A stretch of DNA of 64,000 nucleotides, taken from positions 1 to 64,000 of the IMG/VR virus record IMGVR_UViG_3300050509_000438; one strand, written 5' to 3'. Both the position numbers and the translations under genes were made by a program. The notes below the pieces were generated by a model. That model saw nothing but the letters and a program-made list of their open reading frames with translations, did no database searches and had not been told where the DNA came from. The stretch comes from a virus. Below, in pieces: positions 20,601 to 29,982 of this stretch. Within the stretch, counting starts at the first letter, position 1. Every line of letters begins with the position of its first letter.

Positions 20601-22501
20601 AGACTGGATCCGGTACCACCATCCGCAAGAGCCACATCTGTTCCTCCAACCCGGTAAATGTATGCCGTACCGATGGTGGTTGAGGTATGGATGTCGAAGG
20701 AAACTGTATTATTGGCGGTCAGTGTTGCCCACGTAACGTAGGCCGTACCGTCCACATCGTAGGCTTGCAGCAACAACGTGTTACCTGCGCTGGTTGATGT
20801 GCGCAACGCGGCACCTGTAGGATAAGTGGTGTTGTTGGAATCATCAAGGATCACTCCTGAATTCTGGATGGAGTCACCAGCGGCAAGGTTCCATCGAACA
20901 ATGGCGTTGTCAGTTGAAGATACCGGGCCGCTCACATTGCCGGGTGAAGGAGGCGTCTGCCATGTCGGGTGTCCAGCGACAACGGTGAGCACCGATCCAT
21001 CTGAACCAGGGCCAACTTGCTGGGCTGTATCGCCGGGTCCACCGATGAAGATCGCGTGATACGTTAAACTGGCGGTAAGCTTACCATTAAGCTGGTCCTG
21101 GATATTCGCATTTGCGTTATCAAGGAAGTTGATCACAGTGGAATCAACAGTAAGTCCGGAAAGCAGGTTGATCTCTGTGGAGGTAGTCGATACATCCGTG
21201 ACATCGGCCAGCACCAGCGTATGCCATTCAGTATTGTAATTGGTACCGTCGATCTTGCGGAGTACCTGATTGGTGCTGCCCCCGACAGGTAATCCATTGG
21301 CTGCGGATGAACCCCACGATACAGATGTGCCATTTGTTGTGATCACCTGGCCCGCGGTACCAACTCCAAGATTGATCCAGTCCGTTCCATTATAAGTAAG
21401 CAGATCACCCTGTGCTACGCCGGTAAGGTTTACAACCAACCTCTCATCAAGAGATGCTTGAATGGAAGATGATACATCCAAGAAACCAAGAGTAGTTGTC
21501 GTGACGCCGCTCGCAACTGGTATACCGTTCGCATCAGAAACAAGAACTCGGTTCGCAATGATCGATGTCGCATCTGTCATGACGCCAAGCGATGAATTAA
21601 TCACAAGGCGATTTGCATTACCGGAAGCGATCTTACTTCTGGCTATCGCAGCAGCAGAATTAATATCAGCATTAACAATGGAATCATTGGTGATCGAGAA
21701 CACACCGGCATTATCGAAAGTGACAACACCGGATGGAGTAACTGCAGTTGCTACATCTGCCAGATTGCCAACAAAGAACTTTCCGTTCTGAAGAGAATTC
21801 GAAAGCCTGTTGTTAAGCTGTATCTGTATGTTGGAGCTAATACCAGCGAGTTGATTGATGTCAACCGCAGCAACACCCGTCACGCCATCCATAATATTCA
21901 GTTCTGCAGCACTCGCCGTCAGATCTGTGATCTTACTTACAGTCAGCGTTGACCACTGTACATTGTATGAAGTGTTATCGATCTTGCTCAGGTATTGACC
22001 TGTGGTACCACCGGACGGGATCCCATTCCCTACGACAGAGCTCCACACAAGACCAGCCGGTGTAGATGTAAGCACCTCGCCTGGATTCCCCATCTCGAGC
22101 GGCAAATAGATGATACCGTTGGATTGCAGTAATGCACCCAATCCGCCCACCGGATAATTACCGGATATAGCCTGATTGAATTCAGTGGTTGTTAACGGGG
22201 TAGGAAGTGTTGACAGGGCATTGAGTCCAGAGGCGTCCCGAATCTGAAGAAGCAACGAATTGGCTACTGATGTATCAATGTTAACAGCTATTATTGCATC
22301 CCCATCATCGTTTAAAACAAGGGCATTGCTGAGTTCGTAGAACAGCGATGCACAATGGATAAGCTGATTTTCAAGAGCAGGCTGCTTAGGGCTGTTGCTA
22401 TTGGCTGCCTCTACCGCTTCAAAACCTATCTCACCGATCCTGGCATAGGCATCGGAATAAATCGTGAAGGCATTTGGTATGAGTTGATACAGGTTTCCCA
22501 T
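17618..22501 (-). CDS. Giant tail fibre, 1627 aa
   Basis: A 4.9-kb ORF rich in G/T/S/N. Internal ~100-aa duplication (P.GG..GQ.L.KID...YN..W.TL). Recurrent GGTG(S/N/Q) fibre-type motifs. Confidence 0.7.
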   Translation of the reverse strand: MGNLYQLIPNAFTIYSDAYARIGEIGFEAVEAANSNSPKQPALENQLIHCASLFYELSNALVLNDDGDAIIAVNIDTSVANSLLLQIRDASGLNALSTLPTPLTTTEFNQAISGNYPVGGLGALLQSNGIIYLPLEMGNPGEVLTSTPAGLVWSSVVGNGIPSGGTTGQYLSKIDNTSYNVQWSTLTVSKITDLTASAAELNIMDGVTGVAAVDINQLAGISSNIQIQLNNRLSNSLQNGKFFVGNLADVATAVTPSGVVTFDNAGVFSITNDSIVNADINSAAAIARSKIASGNANRLVINSSLGVMTDATSIIANRVLVSDANGIPVASGVTTTTLGFLDVSSSIQASLDERLVVNLTGVAQGDLLTYNGTDWINLGVGTAGQVITTNGTSVSWGSSAANGLPVGGSTNQVLRKIDGTNYNTEWHTLVLADVTDVSTTSTEINLLSGLTVDSTVINFLDNANANIQDQLNGKLTASLTYHAIFIGGPGDTAQQVGPGSDGSVLTVVAGHPTWQTPPSPGNVSGPVSSTDNAIVRWNLAAGDSIQNSGVILDDSNNTTYPTGAALRTSTSAGNTLLLQAYDVDGTAYVTWATLTANNTVSFDIHTSTTIGTAYIYRVGGTDVALADGGTGSSLSDPGANRLWGWDDTDNAIAFITIGTNLSYDHATHTLSASGGVSSVTLTGDVTGTGTGTVATTIANAAVTYAKFQDIAGLSVVGRSANSSGVTAAITAASDGDILRRSGTSIGFGTIGISSMTMNTNRILARTTASAGPVEEIQALYGLSLSSGELFPAYEIVIEAGTTLTIDSTYRNKVVYCTSAAQVDITLTDEDVGFGVIFIKQGTGNLVFAADTGLTLVSVSDTISIQNTAATFVKQDATTWTGFGSLGTSGGGGLVPENGLSETNPGFIGLGGTALSMDTVIDGNTGTYSFTFSGLSNLFLLDITEDNTVTQILALDSGNAVRWIAVADIGGSSFYQTIQNNGIDLTQRAKINVFNGLSAADDTPVTDIIWGGQLTGTTEIGGNAGSFGVIFGQNSGGADRLNFFSVTATDSGSDGGILLRTNLSQGVFISGTTAGAGKIRFTADQVYVDSPFVLAGYATVSLPTASSHARGLVYDTTTNTVKFSNGTVWSNISGVTSIDVSGGSTGLTFVGGPVTSTGTITMTGTLEVDNGGTGNTSYTNGQLLIGNTTGNTLTKATLTPTTDRLSITNGTGSITLDIAATYVGQTSITTLGTIATGTWAGTAIAADHGGTGQTVYAVGDLLYASTTTALSKLAGVATGNALISGGVSTAPSWGKITSSHVDSSILTSSTGWQVTGTSTVTTPKIVGNVLFTENSGDTITANTVVHINAGSGDVGLRVANSSNQAIFRVDNGGESRFGTGSSTYIAPGTTGTVGVTGTHLIYRGGTHYFQIPGVTVTSGAAQFDIVNVNVNMSAQAATESHMLRLRTGFINSANSGAIINAMTVGYTLDLTGGTTTARGVYINPVLTNTTGLTHYPFLSVPIDGLNGFATATPNVTLDVNGGFALRQTTKSQITSNQNDYAIGTQTSFRISTDASRNITGFTGGSDGKIIVIRNVGANNVVVTNEDAASSAANRITSSTGGNLTIAPNGSLVIQYDSTSSRWFDVAIR

Positions 22502-22502
22502 A

Positions 22503-23180
22503 TCAGCAGGTCGAGCAGGTTTGTTCTATTGAACGTATTATGGCCTCCATTTCCGTGTAGTTGCTATTGGCAAACTCAGCATCTGCTGCAAATAGCTTGG
22601 ACATCAACAGCAAAGGGATTTTCAACTCATTCAAGTCTCCATTACAACCACACCCACATTTGTTTTTGAATTGCTCACCAACACATTCGGCAGAACGGAT
22701 TTTAATGTAGAACGCCTGAATGAATACATCCACATTCGGATTATCAAGCAGCGTGCTCAGGTCTGTCACCTCTTCCCAATAAGTTGCATTTGGCGGTTGC
22801 ACTCCGGTTATAGGGGCGATGCACTTATACACGAAGCCTCCATCATAGACGATGCTTGCATATTGAGTGATCACGTTCCCGCTTTGCTGTTGCTCAACAT
22901 AGTTTGCTCCATTATCATAAAGAGAAAACCGGCAGAGGATGCCTTCATAATATCCGTCGATCGGAGTGTTGACAGTGTATGTGAGCGTCGAGAGTACGTT
23001 GCCCTGGCTTGGATTGTCGAATGATCGCGCTCCTTGTGAATTGGTCTTGGACCACAGAAGATAGTTCGCTTTATCGCTGCGGACCGGATTTCCGCTGACT
23101 CCGTAATTGGAGGTGTCAGTAACGACACCTGTGGCGATGTCGACGTTTTGTAAGAATGATAAGCCGTCTACAAGGGCCAT
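22503..23180 (-). CDS. Virion-module protein, 225 aa, Cys-rich patch KNKCGCGCNG
   Basis: ORF ending 2 nt before the fibre start codon. Confidence 0.45.
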   Translation of the reverse strand: MALVDGLSFLQNVDIATGVVTDTSNYGVSGNPVRSDKANYLLWSKTNSQGARSFDNPSQGNVLSTLTYTVNTPIDGYYEGILCRFSLYDNGANYVEQQQSGNVITQYASIVYDGGFVYKCIAPITGVQPPNATYWEEVTDLSTLLDNPNVDVFIQAFYIKIRSAECVGEQFKNKCGCGCNGDLNELKIPLLLMSKLFAADAEFANSNYTEMEAIIRSIEQTCSTC

Positions 23181-23182
23181 AG

Positions 23183-23219
23183 GCGTACCTTTGGGGTTAT
23201 TGTTACTCCAAAGGTACGC
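23183..23219 (-). promoter_or_regulatory. Perfect 12-bp hairpin (GCGTACCTTTGG / CCAAAGGTACGC, 13-nt loop) 2 nt upstream of the 225-aa gene start
   Basis: Arms at 23183-23194 and 23208-23219. Each strand displays the TACCTTTG box. There is no U-tract. Confidence 0.5.
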
Positions 23220-23249
23220 TAAAATTAGAATAATTGCCTATCCGATTTC

Positions 23250-24362
23250 TTACCGTTCCCAGTAGTCCAGCATGTTTCTGATGGCATCATACATGGTAAC
23301 GTTTTCGGGCTTGGTTAAGTGGTCAACAAAATCCATCACCGGATCATTACCGGCAAGCACATGATGTACAGGTTCCATGGTATATGGCACCCACCACTTC
23401 TTTTTGTCAGGATCATACTCGATGATGCCAAAACTATCAGCCTCAAGAACCGTCATTTTAACTGCATGGCGAGTGTTCTTGCTGAGCGCAAAGAATCCAC
23501 GCGGATTCTTGAATGCCCATCCACGGAGATCGCTTTTTATCAGCGCGAGATCACGTTGTTTATTGCCCTCCATTGTAGGAATCCCTGCGCTGGCGGCGTA
23601 AGCATTGATATCGTCAACCCTGGATAGCTTGCGAACCTCCGCTATCGCTTCTTCCTGAAGTTCTTCTTCTGCCAGCATAAAGGCAATAGATTTGTTGGTC
23701 TTAATGTCAATACGCTCAAAAGCCGGCACGATCGATTTATCGCGGTGCCGGTTGGACTTATTAAGCGGATGCAGTTCAAGCCATACATACAGAGGATACT
23801 GAGCTTCAACACTTACGGTCTTCACACCATCAATGAATTCCACGGATTCAATGATGTCTTCGATGCTTTCCATGCCAGTCTTGCGATCTCGAATTTTTTC
23901 CTTTTTACCAGTCTTATTCTGCCTGAGTTTTTGACGCTTTGATAAATCTGGTTCTCCGAAATCATAGATCATGTAGCTGCCCTCCAGATAAATGGGTTGT
24001 ACATCAGCAAGTTGTTTGGTGGCCGGATTGATCTCATCTCCACCGATCACGCGATACTTTGCAATGGTCTTCCGTGTGATGGGTGGTAGGATCAGATCAC
24101 TCAATCCCATGTCGATAATACGCTTCTTCCTCTCCGGGGTGCCGAAGATGTCCCTTACCACAGCACCGCGATTCTTAGGATTATTCGGACTATAACGGTT
24201 CGTTGGATCTTGTGATGATTTCCTTGGCCCATCTGCCAGTGGCTCCTCGGGTGCAGATTGATCAGCACCTGCGTCACCGCCTTCATTATCTTCTACCTCC
24301 GGATCAGGCGCGAAAGCACCTGGCTGCTCATCTAATCCCTTAGGATTTGTTGTTTTTGCCAT
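23250..24362 (-). CDS. Head-associated protein, 370 aa, with disordered acidic N-terminus
   Basis: First ORF downstream of the major capsid gene. Function not recognised. Confidence 0.5.
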   Translation of the reverse strand: MAKTTNPKGLDEQPGAFAPDPEVEDNEGGDAGADQSAPEEPLADGPRKSSQDPTNRYSPNNPKNRGAVVRDIFGTPERKKRIIDMGLSDLILPPITRKTIAKYRVIGGDEINPATKQLADVQPIYLEGSYMIYDFGEPDLSKRQKLRQNKTGKKEKIRDRKTGMESIEDIIESVEFIDGVKTVSVEAQYPLYVWLELHPLNKSNRHRDKSIVPAFERIDIKTNKSIAFMLAEEELQEEAIAEVRKLSRVDDINAYAASAGIPTMEGNKQRDLALIKSDLRGWAFKNPRGFFALSKNTRHAVKMTVLEADSFGIIEYDPDKKKWWVPYTMEPVHHVLAGNDPVMDFVDHLTKPENVTMYDAIRNMLDYWER

Positions 24363-24416
24363 GTTGAAATATTTTGTGTTTAGAAATTCTTGTGAATATT
24401 TTTATGCGATATGGAG

Positions 24417-24449
24417 CCAAAAAATGGCAAGGTCATCCCTGCCATTTTT
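24417..24449 (-). terminator. Intrinsic terminator after the capsid gene (A-tract / stem / T-tract, potentially bidirectional)
   Basis: Stem GGCAAGG (24426-32) / CCCTGCC (24437-43) with loop TCAT. On the minus strand it is followed by ATTTTTTGG. Confidence 0.6.
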
Positions 24450-24459
24450 GGTGTTCCGA

Positions 24460-25899
24460 TTAAGGGGTCGGTTTGCCGACGATGAACTTCGAGGCTCCAA
24501 CCACCTGCATGCCCATGTGAACATACATGTGAATCCTGCGCACCATTTGACCATCGGTAGCCCCGCTGCGAGCGTTCGCGCCGGTCTCGAAGATCTTGTA
24601 GTGGCCACGGGCACCAGATCCAACCGTCTTCTGGTATAGGATCGTGAAGGCATCCCGAGGGATGTTCGTCTTTGCGTCCTGCATCTTGTCCATGGGCGCA
24701 ATGATGAAGTAATTCGGGTAAGGGAAGCCGGGGGCTCCTGCGAACTTCGGATGGTTCAGAGTCCGCAGCTCCTTGATGTTATACTCCAGGTTACCACTCT
24801 TGATCTGGTTGATGTTCAGATCAACCGCCTGGCGGTCATACACCATGGAACCATTCACGCCGAGTGCTGAAATGATGTCCTCTGCCTTGTACAGAAACTC
24901 AGCACCTACGTGCATGATCACCCGGTTACCTTGCTGCTGAGACCGGCGTATCCGCGCGATCTGGCGGAACAAGTTCACTGTCGGGTTGGTGTCATAATAT
25001 AGCTTCGGTGCGTTGAGCTCCAGGTTCTGAATATACCCCTGAGTGGTGTAAACACTCAGCTCTTCGCCAGTTTCCGGGTCAATGTTGGTCAGGTTGCCGT
25101 CATCTTTGTTCTGCAGGAACAGACCGTTATCGATGGCTGCGGCCATACGGATCTCGGTGTCGTTCATACCCTTGACGTAGTTGAGGTTAAAATCCTGGCC
25201 CCTCCAGTTCATCGGATAAGTTTCATCCTGCTCCTGGAAGTCAGTGGTGATGTACTTATCAGTGAATGTCTGCAGGTAAGAAGTGAACGCCTTAGCGGTA
25301 GGCACCAGACCTTGTTGCTGGCCGCGGGTTCCTTCCTCCCATGAGTTGGATGGCAGGATGAAGCGATCACCACCGTAGGTAGAGCCTACCTGGGTAATCG
25401 TTGCTGCAAGCGAAGCCATCGATGCATGAACCTTTTGCAGGTACAGACGGTGCGCGCCTGGTGTATCTGTGTTCTTGAAGGCAATCCGCCATTCACTGTT
25501 GTTTTTGAATAGCACATGCTGTCCTTGGCGCGGATAGCTGTATTTGAGTGCATTCGGTCCAGTTTGAGGGCTATGGGATTCAGCCGCGAGCTGAATATAC
25601 GCGTAGCCGTTGTATGTACCTCCAGACACAAGTCCATACACATCACCAACAGTGGTGGAGGTATTGACTGCCGGTACGTCAAAGCGGGAGTTTGCTTCGT
25701 GGTGGATGAATTCCTGGCCTTTGATCTCTTTCATCAGGCCCATCTTCATCATGTCACCCCAGTCTGCTTCAACCGGGTTAACATCGAAAAGCTCAGCGCC
25801 GACCTGCGGCTTGAGCCAAAAGCTGAAGTTCGAGACCAGAGGATATTTATCTGAACTCGCGACGGAATAGTCGTTATAGGTATTTGATTCGGTTGCCAT
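24460..25899 (-). CDS. Major capsid protein, 479 aa
   Basis: Position directly after the scaffold gene in a portal-scaffold-capsid order. Followed by a strong terminator. Codon usage is strongly biased (AAC/ATC/AAG/CTG). Confidence 0.7.
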   Translation of the reverse strand: MATESNTYNDYSVASSDKYPLVSNFSFWLKPQVGAELFDVNPVEADWGDMMKMGLMKEIKGQEFIHHEANSRFDVPAVNTSTTVGDVYGLVSGGTYNGYAYIQLAAESHSPQTGPNALKYSYPRQGQHVLFKNNSEWRIAFKNTDTPGAHRLYLQKVHASMASLAATITQVGSTYGGDRFILPSNSWEEGTRGQQQGLVPTAKAFTSYLQTFTDKYITTDFQEQDETYPMNWRGQDFNLNYVKGMNDTEIRMAAAIDNGLFLQNKDDGNLTNIDPETGEELSVYTTQGYIQNLELNAPKLYYDTNPTVNLFRQIARIRRSQQQGNRVIMHVGAEFLYKAEDIISALGVNGSMVYDRQAVDLNINQIKSGNLEYNIKELRTLNHPKFAGAPGFPYPNYFIIAPMDKMQDAKTNIPRDAFTILYQKTVGSGARGHYKIFETGANARSGATDGQMVRRIHMYVHMGMQVVGASKFIVGKPTP

Positions 25900-25930
25900 G
25901 TTGCTTTAAAAAGTTGAATGGATAAAATTT

Positions 25931-27226
25931 TTATCTCATCACCATACTCTTGCCGTTAGCATTCGCTTTCTTCTTTTGGATATTCATCTCCCATTGCTTC
26001 TCTTCGCTCAAGTTCCCCGTGACCTTGCCGCCGGCAACCTTAGCCTGCCGGTCAGGTTTCTTTGTAGCGATTTCTTCCGCGCGTATGATATTGTTTTTAT
26101 CAGTGGCGCGGCGAAGCAGTTTTTCGAAAATGTCGTCACCAAATTCCATGTAAGCTATGCGCTTGACATTTTGATCAAAGTCGAGCTCACCGGCAACAAA
26201 CTCTCCCTTTGTGTTGTAGTTGGCCGGGTTCCCTACCCATGCCTTGTACGCTTCATGGATCATTTTTTTCTGATCCTTGGTGAATTTGAACGGGATATCG
26301 TCCTTGGTATCATTTGTAGGACTGAAGATCAGCTCGCTGAATTCCTTCATGCTTTCGTCGATGGCAGACACATTCGCCTTGATGTTCTTGCCGACGAGAG
26401 GGTTTTCTTTGACCTTATCCTCAGTCTGAGTAGTGGTTTCTGTCTTGAGTTTGGCCTGCTCTGTTTTGATGGTTTTGCGGGCCTTGTGTACAGCGTCTTC
26501 CAGGTTGATCTCACGCAATTCCTTTGCCTCGTCAAAGGCTTCTTTGCTATCAAAATTGTCGCGATTCAGTTCGCCGTACTGCTGATTGTATTCGAAGTTG
26601 AACTTCTTGAGCGCGCGATCGCGCGGAAGCTCCGGGTGATCCATGATGAACTGCTCTTCCAGCAGCATCTTCGGATTCTCTTTCTCCACGTCCATACCCA
26701 CGATACGGGAATAGGACTGCATGCGATCGCCAAAACGGGCCGGATCAATGTCCTTAATGAAGTCCCACATTTTTTCCTGGGCTTCAGACTTGAACTTCGG
26801 CTTGGTATCCTTGGATGACTCGAGCTGCTTTTTAAGATCTTCGTTCTCTTTAAGAACGGTGTCAACAGAGGCAAGAACTTCATCAAGATCTTCCTCATTT
26901 TTGATCTCGTAGTCCTTTGCGTATTTGCTGTTGATGTAATCGTTAACAGAAACCGGCTCTTCTACCTTTTTGTCGGTAGGATCTTCCTTGTGGTCCTCTT
27001 CCTTTTCTTCTTCGGATTCCTTCTCGTCAGCCTCTTCTTCTTTCTCTTCCTTGCCGGACTTGTCGGACTCCTTTTCTTCTTCCTTGGTCTCTTCCTGCTC
27101 TTCTTCGACCTCCTCCTTGGTTTCAGCCTCTTCTTTCGGCTCATCCTTTTTGGCTACCGGAACGTCGACGTGCTCCATTTTTTCAAGGTCGAATACTTTT
27201 TTGGTTTCTGTAGCGGGTGTTTCCAT
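25931..27226 (-). CDS. Scaffolding protein, 431 aa
   Basis: Extremely E/K-rich N-terminus with helical character, located between portal and capsid. Confidence 0.65.
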   Translation of the reverse strand: METPATETKKVFDLEKMEHVDVPVAKKDEPKEEAETKEEVEEEQEETKEEEKESDKSGKEEKEEEADEKESEEEKEEDHKEDPTDKKVEEPVSVNDYINSKYAKDYEIKNEEDLDEVLASVDTVLKENEDLKKQLESSKDTKPKFKSEAQEKMWDFIKDIDPARFGDRMQSYSRIVGMDVEKENPKMLLEEQFIMDHPELPRDRALKKFNFEYNQQYGELNRDNFDSKEAFDEAKELREINLEDAVHKARKTIKTEQAKLKTETTTQTEDKVKENPLVGKNIKANVSAIDESMKEFSELIFSPTNDTKDDIPFKFTKDQKKMIHEAYKAWVGNPANYNTKGEFVAGELDFDQNVKRIAYMEFGDDIFEKLLRRATDKNNIIRAEEIATKKPDRQAKVAGGKVTGNLSEEKQWEMNIQKKKANANGKSMVMR

Positions 27227-27291
27227 GCATTACAAAGTTAAGTGAAATATTTGAATACTCGTTTAGACGATTATTTAAGGTATAAAAAAAT

Positions 27292-29742
27292 CTACTTCTT
27301 CTTCCCTGCCGCCGTAGGCTTCGGCCGTGCCTTTATTTCCTCACGCTTCACCTGGTTCTTCTCGGCCTCAGTCTGCGCCTTTACCATCGTATCCATGTTC
27401 TTGCTGTCTACCTTCTGCTTCTCGGGGATATTCCGGATGGTCTGCTTGACGATCTCGGCCTGCTGATCACCCTGCGCGATGAAGCGCTTGGTCTGGTTAT
27501 CCAGGGATTTGATCATCCGGTCATCCATGCGCTTCTGCGCCTGCAAGCGTTCCTGTATCTGGCCGTTCAGGATCGCGAGTTCCTTATCGAGTTGAGCCTG
27601 GGCCTGCATAACCGCCATCTCGCCCTCGATCTTGAGTTGTGCTGACTGCTGATTGCCTTCGAGTTGCATCTGGTGGTTGCGCTCAAGCTGAGCCTGCATC
27701 TTACGCTCGAACTGCTTCTGTTTGACCCCCAGCATTTGCCGGGCCTGTTTGAGGTTGTCGATCTCCCGGACGTAAGCACTATCGGCCAGGGATATCCCGC
27801 CGGGGAGACCATTTACGCCAGCCTGTATGGCTACTGATACATCCGCGTAGAACGATGCCCACTCTTGTTCTGTAGGCTGCCGTGTCAGGAACAGCCCATA
27901 TTCGCAGTACGCGATGTCCGGAGCCACATTGTAGTACCCGGAGTTGACCTTGCCTAATGCCGGGATGAAGCCTTCGATCGTGTGCCCATCAGCCTTGGAC
28001 TGCTGCGCCAAGAGCAATAACTGGTGGCTGCAGCGCTTGTACAGGTACTCATGGGCATTATACAGATACTCCATATCGAAGTCCGAGGTCATCTGGCTGA
28101 GCTGCGCATTACGTACGGCGAGCCGGTCCGGGATCTCCGAAGACTCGATCGCCGAGGTTCCCGTCATCTGCTCAAGCATGTTGATAGCCAGCGTGAGCAT
28201 GTTCATGTAGTCGGCCATCACAAGGCCGCCAGAGGTCACTCCCATAGCATCGCCTATCTTCTGATCGTACTTGTTGGTCGCGCCACGCTTGATGAGGATC
28301 TGCTTCTTTAGGAACAGTTTCATCACATCGAGCGGCGTCCAAACCTTTCCGCCGTGGCCGATAGCCACATCTTCAAGCTGATTGAAGTCAATCTCCAGGA
28401 TGCCCATGTAGCCCTTGGCCAATACCTCCTTGATCTTGTTCCAGGCCACGTTCACCATGAACAGCGGCTCGATCATCTGGGAAGCGAAGCTCACAGTACG
28501 GCCTTCTTTGAAGTTAGTGGCGAAGGTTTTGATCGGCAGGCTGGAGTTCACAAGGTTGGTCCGGGGGTACTTCTTGCGGCCGTAGCCATACACACAATTG
28601 CTGTCCACCACCCAGGTGCCGCCATAAATCGAGGTATAGTCGTTCTTGATCAGGGAGCGCTCACCGGTATCGTATAGATGCGCAACTTCCTTTGGAGGAG
28701 TGTAGTTGTAGCTCTTTTCAATAAATATTTCCCCATCGTTGAGGTTCTTCTGTTTGACGAACCGGCGGTTATCTTCAGACCGGAAGTAGAACTTCATCAC
28801 GGGGATGTACCCCAGGCCGTCGTAGTTCTCCAGGCGTTTGTAGTCGACAAAGTAGGAATTGTTGGGGGTGGTGCTGGAGTGAGCGCGGACGATCTCCATC
28901 TGTTCATCCAGGCTAAGCTCATCGCGGGTTTCCTTGATAAACTGGCTTACGGTAATAAAATCGAAGAATCCGGCATACTCCTGCTCCTCAAAGTCGTCGT
29001 TATCCACATAGGATCCGATCCAGAACTTCGGGTTGATCCGTTCTGATCGCGGCACGCCATTGCAATCCAGGTAACAGTGCAGGTGCCCGCGGCCGATCAC
29101 AGTCAGGTCCCAGTCCACCTCACGCATCTTCTGGTTGAAGTTGTTGATCTCCTGGATTAGTTTGATGGTCAGCTCCGCCTCGATCTCCTTTTTGATCTTG
29201 GGGTTGACCATAATATCGTACTCCATCTCATCAGGATACTGCGGCAGAGAGTCGACATCGAGTTCCGGAAATAGCTCTTTTGGGTCAAAACCCATACTGG
29301 TAACCCATTCTTTGAGCCGGTAGAAGGCATCGAGGGCTGCTGCGTAATCGGCTTTTTCGTCGACCGACACGATGTCGATCGCGTTCACACCAATGTCAAA
29401 GTGGTTCTTTTGGATCTTGGCGACGGCGCGGTTGACGTACTTTGGCGCCAGGTTTAGAACCTGGATGTCGAGGAAGGCCAGTGCGTTGCTGCCGTCGTTG
29501 AGTGGACTGTTGGCATCGAGGTACCCGAAGAGCTTCCTGATTCCGTCTACTGACTGGCGACCCTGGGCGAGTTCAACCAACGAGTCGAACTCCGAGGTAC
29601 CGTAGAAGAAGGTCGAGCCATAGCGATTGCTGCTGAAGTACATCGCGCGTGCATAGCTCAAGCCATACGCTGGCAACTCCTTGGTTTTCGGATCAACAAA
29701 TTCACTTGGAAAGTAGCAGTGTCCGTCGGGCAAACCTACCAT
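27292..29742 (-). CDS. Portal protein, 816 aa
   Basis: Size and position between TerL and scaffold. C-terminal Q/E/K-rich coiled region. Confidence 0.7.
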   Translation of the reverse strand: MVGLPDGHCYFPSEFVDPKTKELPAYGLSYARAMYFSSNRYGSTFFYGTSEFDSLVELAQGRQSVDGIRKLFGYLDANSPLNDGSNALAFLDIQVLNLAPKYVNRAVAKIQKNHFDIGVNAIDIVSVDEKADYAAALDAFYRLKEWVTSMGFDPKELFPELDVDSLPQYPDEMEYDIMVNPKIKKEIEAELTIKLIQEINNFNQKMREVDWDLTVIGRGHLHCYLDCNGVPRSERINPKFWIGSYVDNDDFEEQEYAGFFDFITVSQFIKETRDELSLDEQMEIVRAHSSTTPNNSYFVDYKRLENYDGLGYIPVMKFYFRSEDNRRFVKQKNLNDGEIFIEKSYNYTPPKEVAHLYDTGERSLIKNDYTSIYGGTWVVDSNCVYGYGRKKYPRTNLVNSSLPIKTFATNFKEGRTVSFASQMIEPLFMVNVAWNKIKEVLAKGYMGILEIDFNQLEDVAIGHGGKVWTPLDVMKLFLKKQILIKRGATNKYDQKIGDAMGVTSGGLVMADYMNMLTLAINMLEQMTGTSAIESSEIPDRLAVRNAQLSQMTSDFDMEYLYNAHEYLYKRCSHQLLLLAQQSKADGHTIEGFIPALGKVNSGYYNVAPDIAYCEYGLFLTRQPTEQEWASFYADVSVAIQAGVNGLPGGISLADSAYVREIDNLKQARQMLGVKQKQFERKMQAQLERNHQMQLEGNQQSAQLKIEGEMAVMQAQAQLDKELAILNGQIQERLQAQKRMDDRMIKSLDNQTKRFIAQGDQQAEIVKQTIRNIPEKQKVDSKNMDTMVKAQTEAEKNQVKREEIKARPKPTAAGKKK

Positions 29743-29832
29743 TGGATCTCAGGTGGGGTTATTTTCATAAAGATAGGTAAAAAATTGCATAGGCGAGTAT
29801 TTGTGTCATTGGTGAAGATTTTTGTAAAAATA

Positions 29833-29863
29833 TTTGCACATAAAGATTCAATTGTTACCTTTG
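29833..29863 (+). promoter_or_regulatory. Plus-strand promoter inside the TerL-portal spacer (TTTGCA-N17-TACCTTTG)
   Basis: TTTGCA at 29833-38, a 17-nt spacer, and TACCTTTG at 29856-63. Same architecture as other promoters in the window. Confidence 0.45.
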
Positions 29864-29871
29864 GATTACTT

Positions 29872-29934
29872 ATGGCGGGCAGTGGTGGTGTGAGGTTTGG
29901 TAGTGGTCCGGTACGCATAGGTGGGGTCGGCTAA
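29872..29934 (+). CDS. Micro-ORF MAGSGGVRFGSGPVRIGGVG (20 aa) within the antisense mini-cassette; may instead be a non-coding RNA
   Basis: ATG lies 8 nt after the TACCTTTG box. The stop lies 15 nt before the terminator hairpin. Confidence 0.25.
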   Translation: MAGSGGVRFGSGPVRIGGVG

Positions 29935-29949
29935 CGGCAAGGTATGGGG

Positions 29950-29982
29950 AAGAGAGATCATCACTGATCTCTCTTTTAATTT
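29950..29982 (+). terminator. Plus-strand intrinsic terminator overlapping the TerL stop codon
   Basis: An 11-bp stem AAGAGAGATCA / TGATCTCTCTT with loop TCAC, followed by TTAATTT. On the minus strand it is followed by CCCC, so no U-tract. Confidence 0.55.

Noticed and set aside
25950-27245. K/R-rich or L/F/S-rich ORFs overlapping the scaffold gene on both strands.
   Set aside because: They are alternative-frame readings of the GAA/AAG-rich low-complexity region of the scaffold gene.
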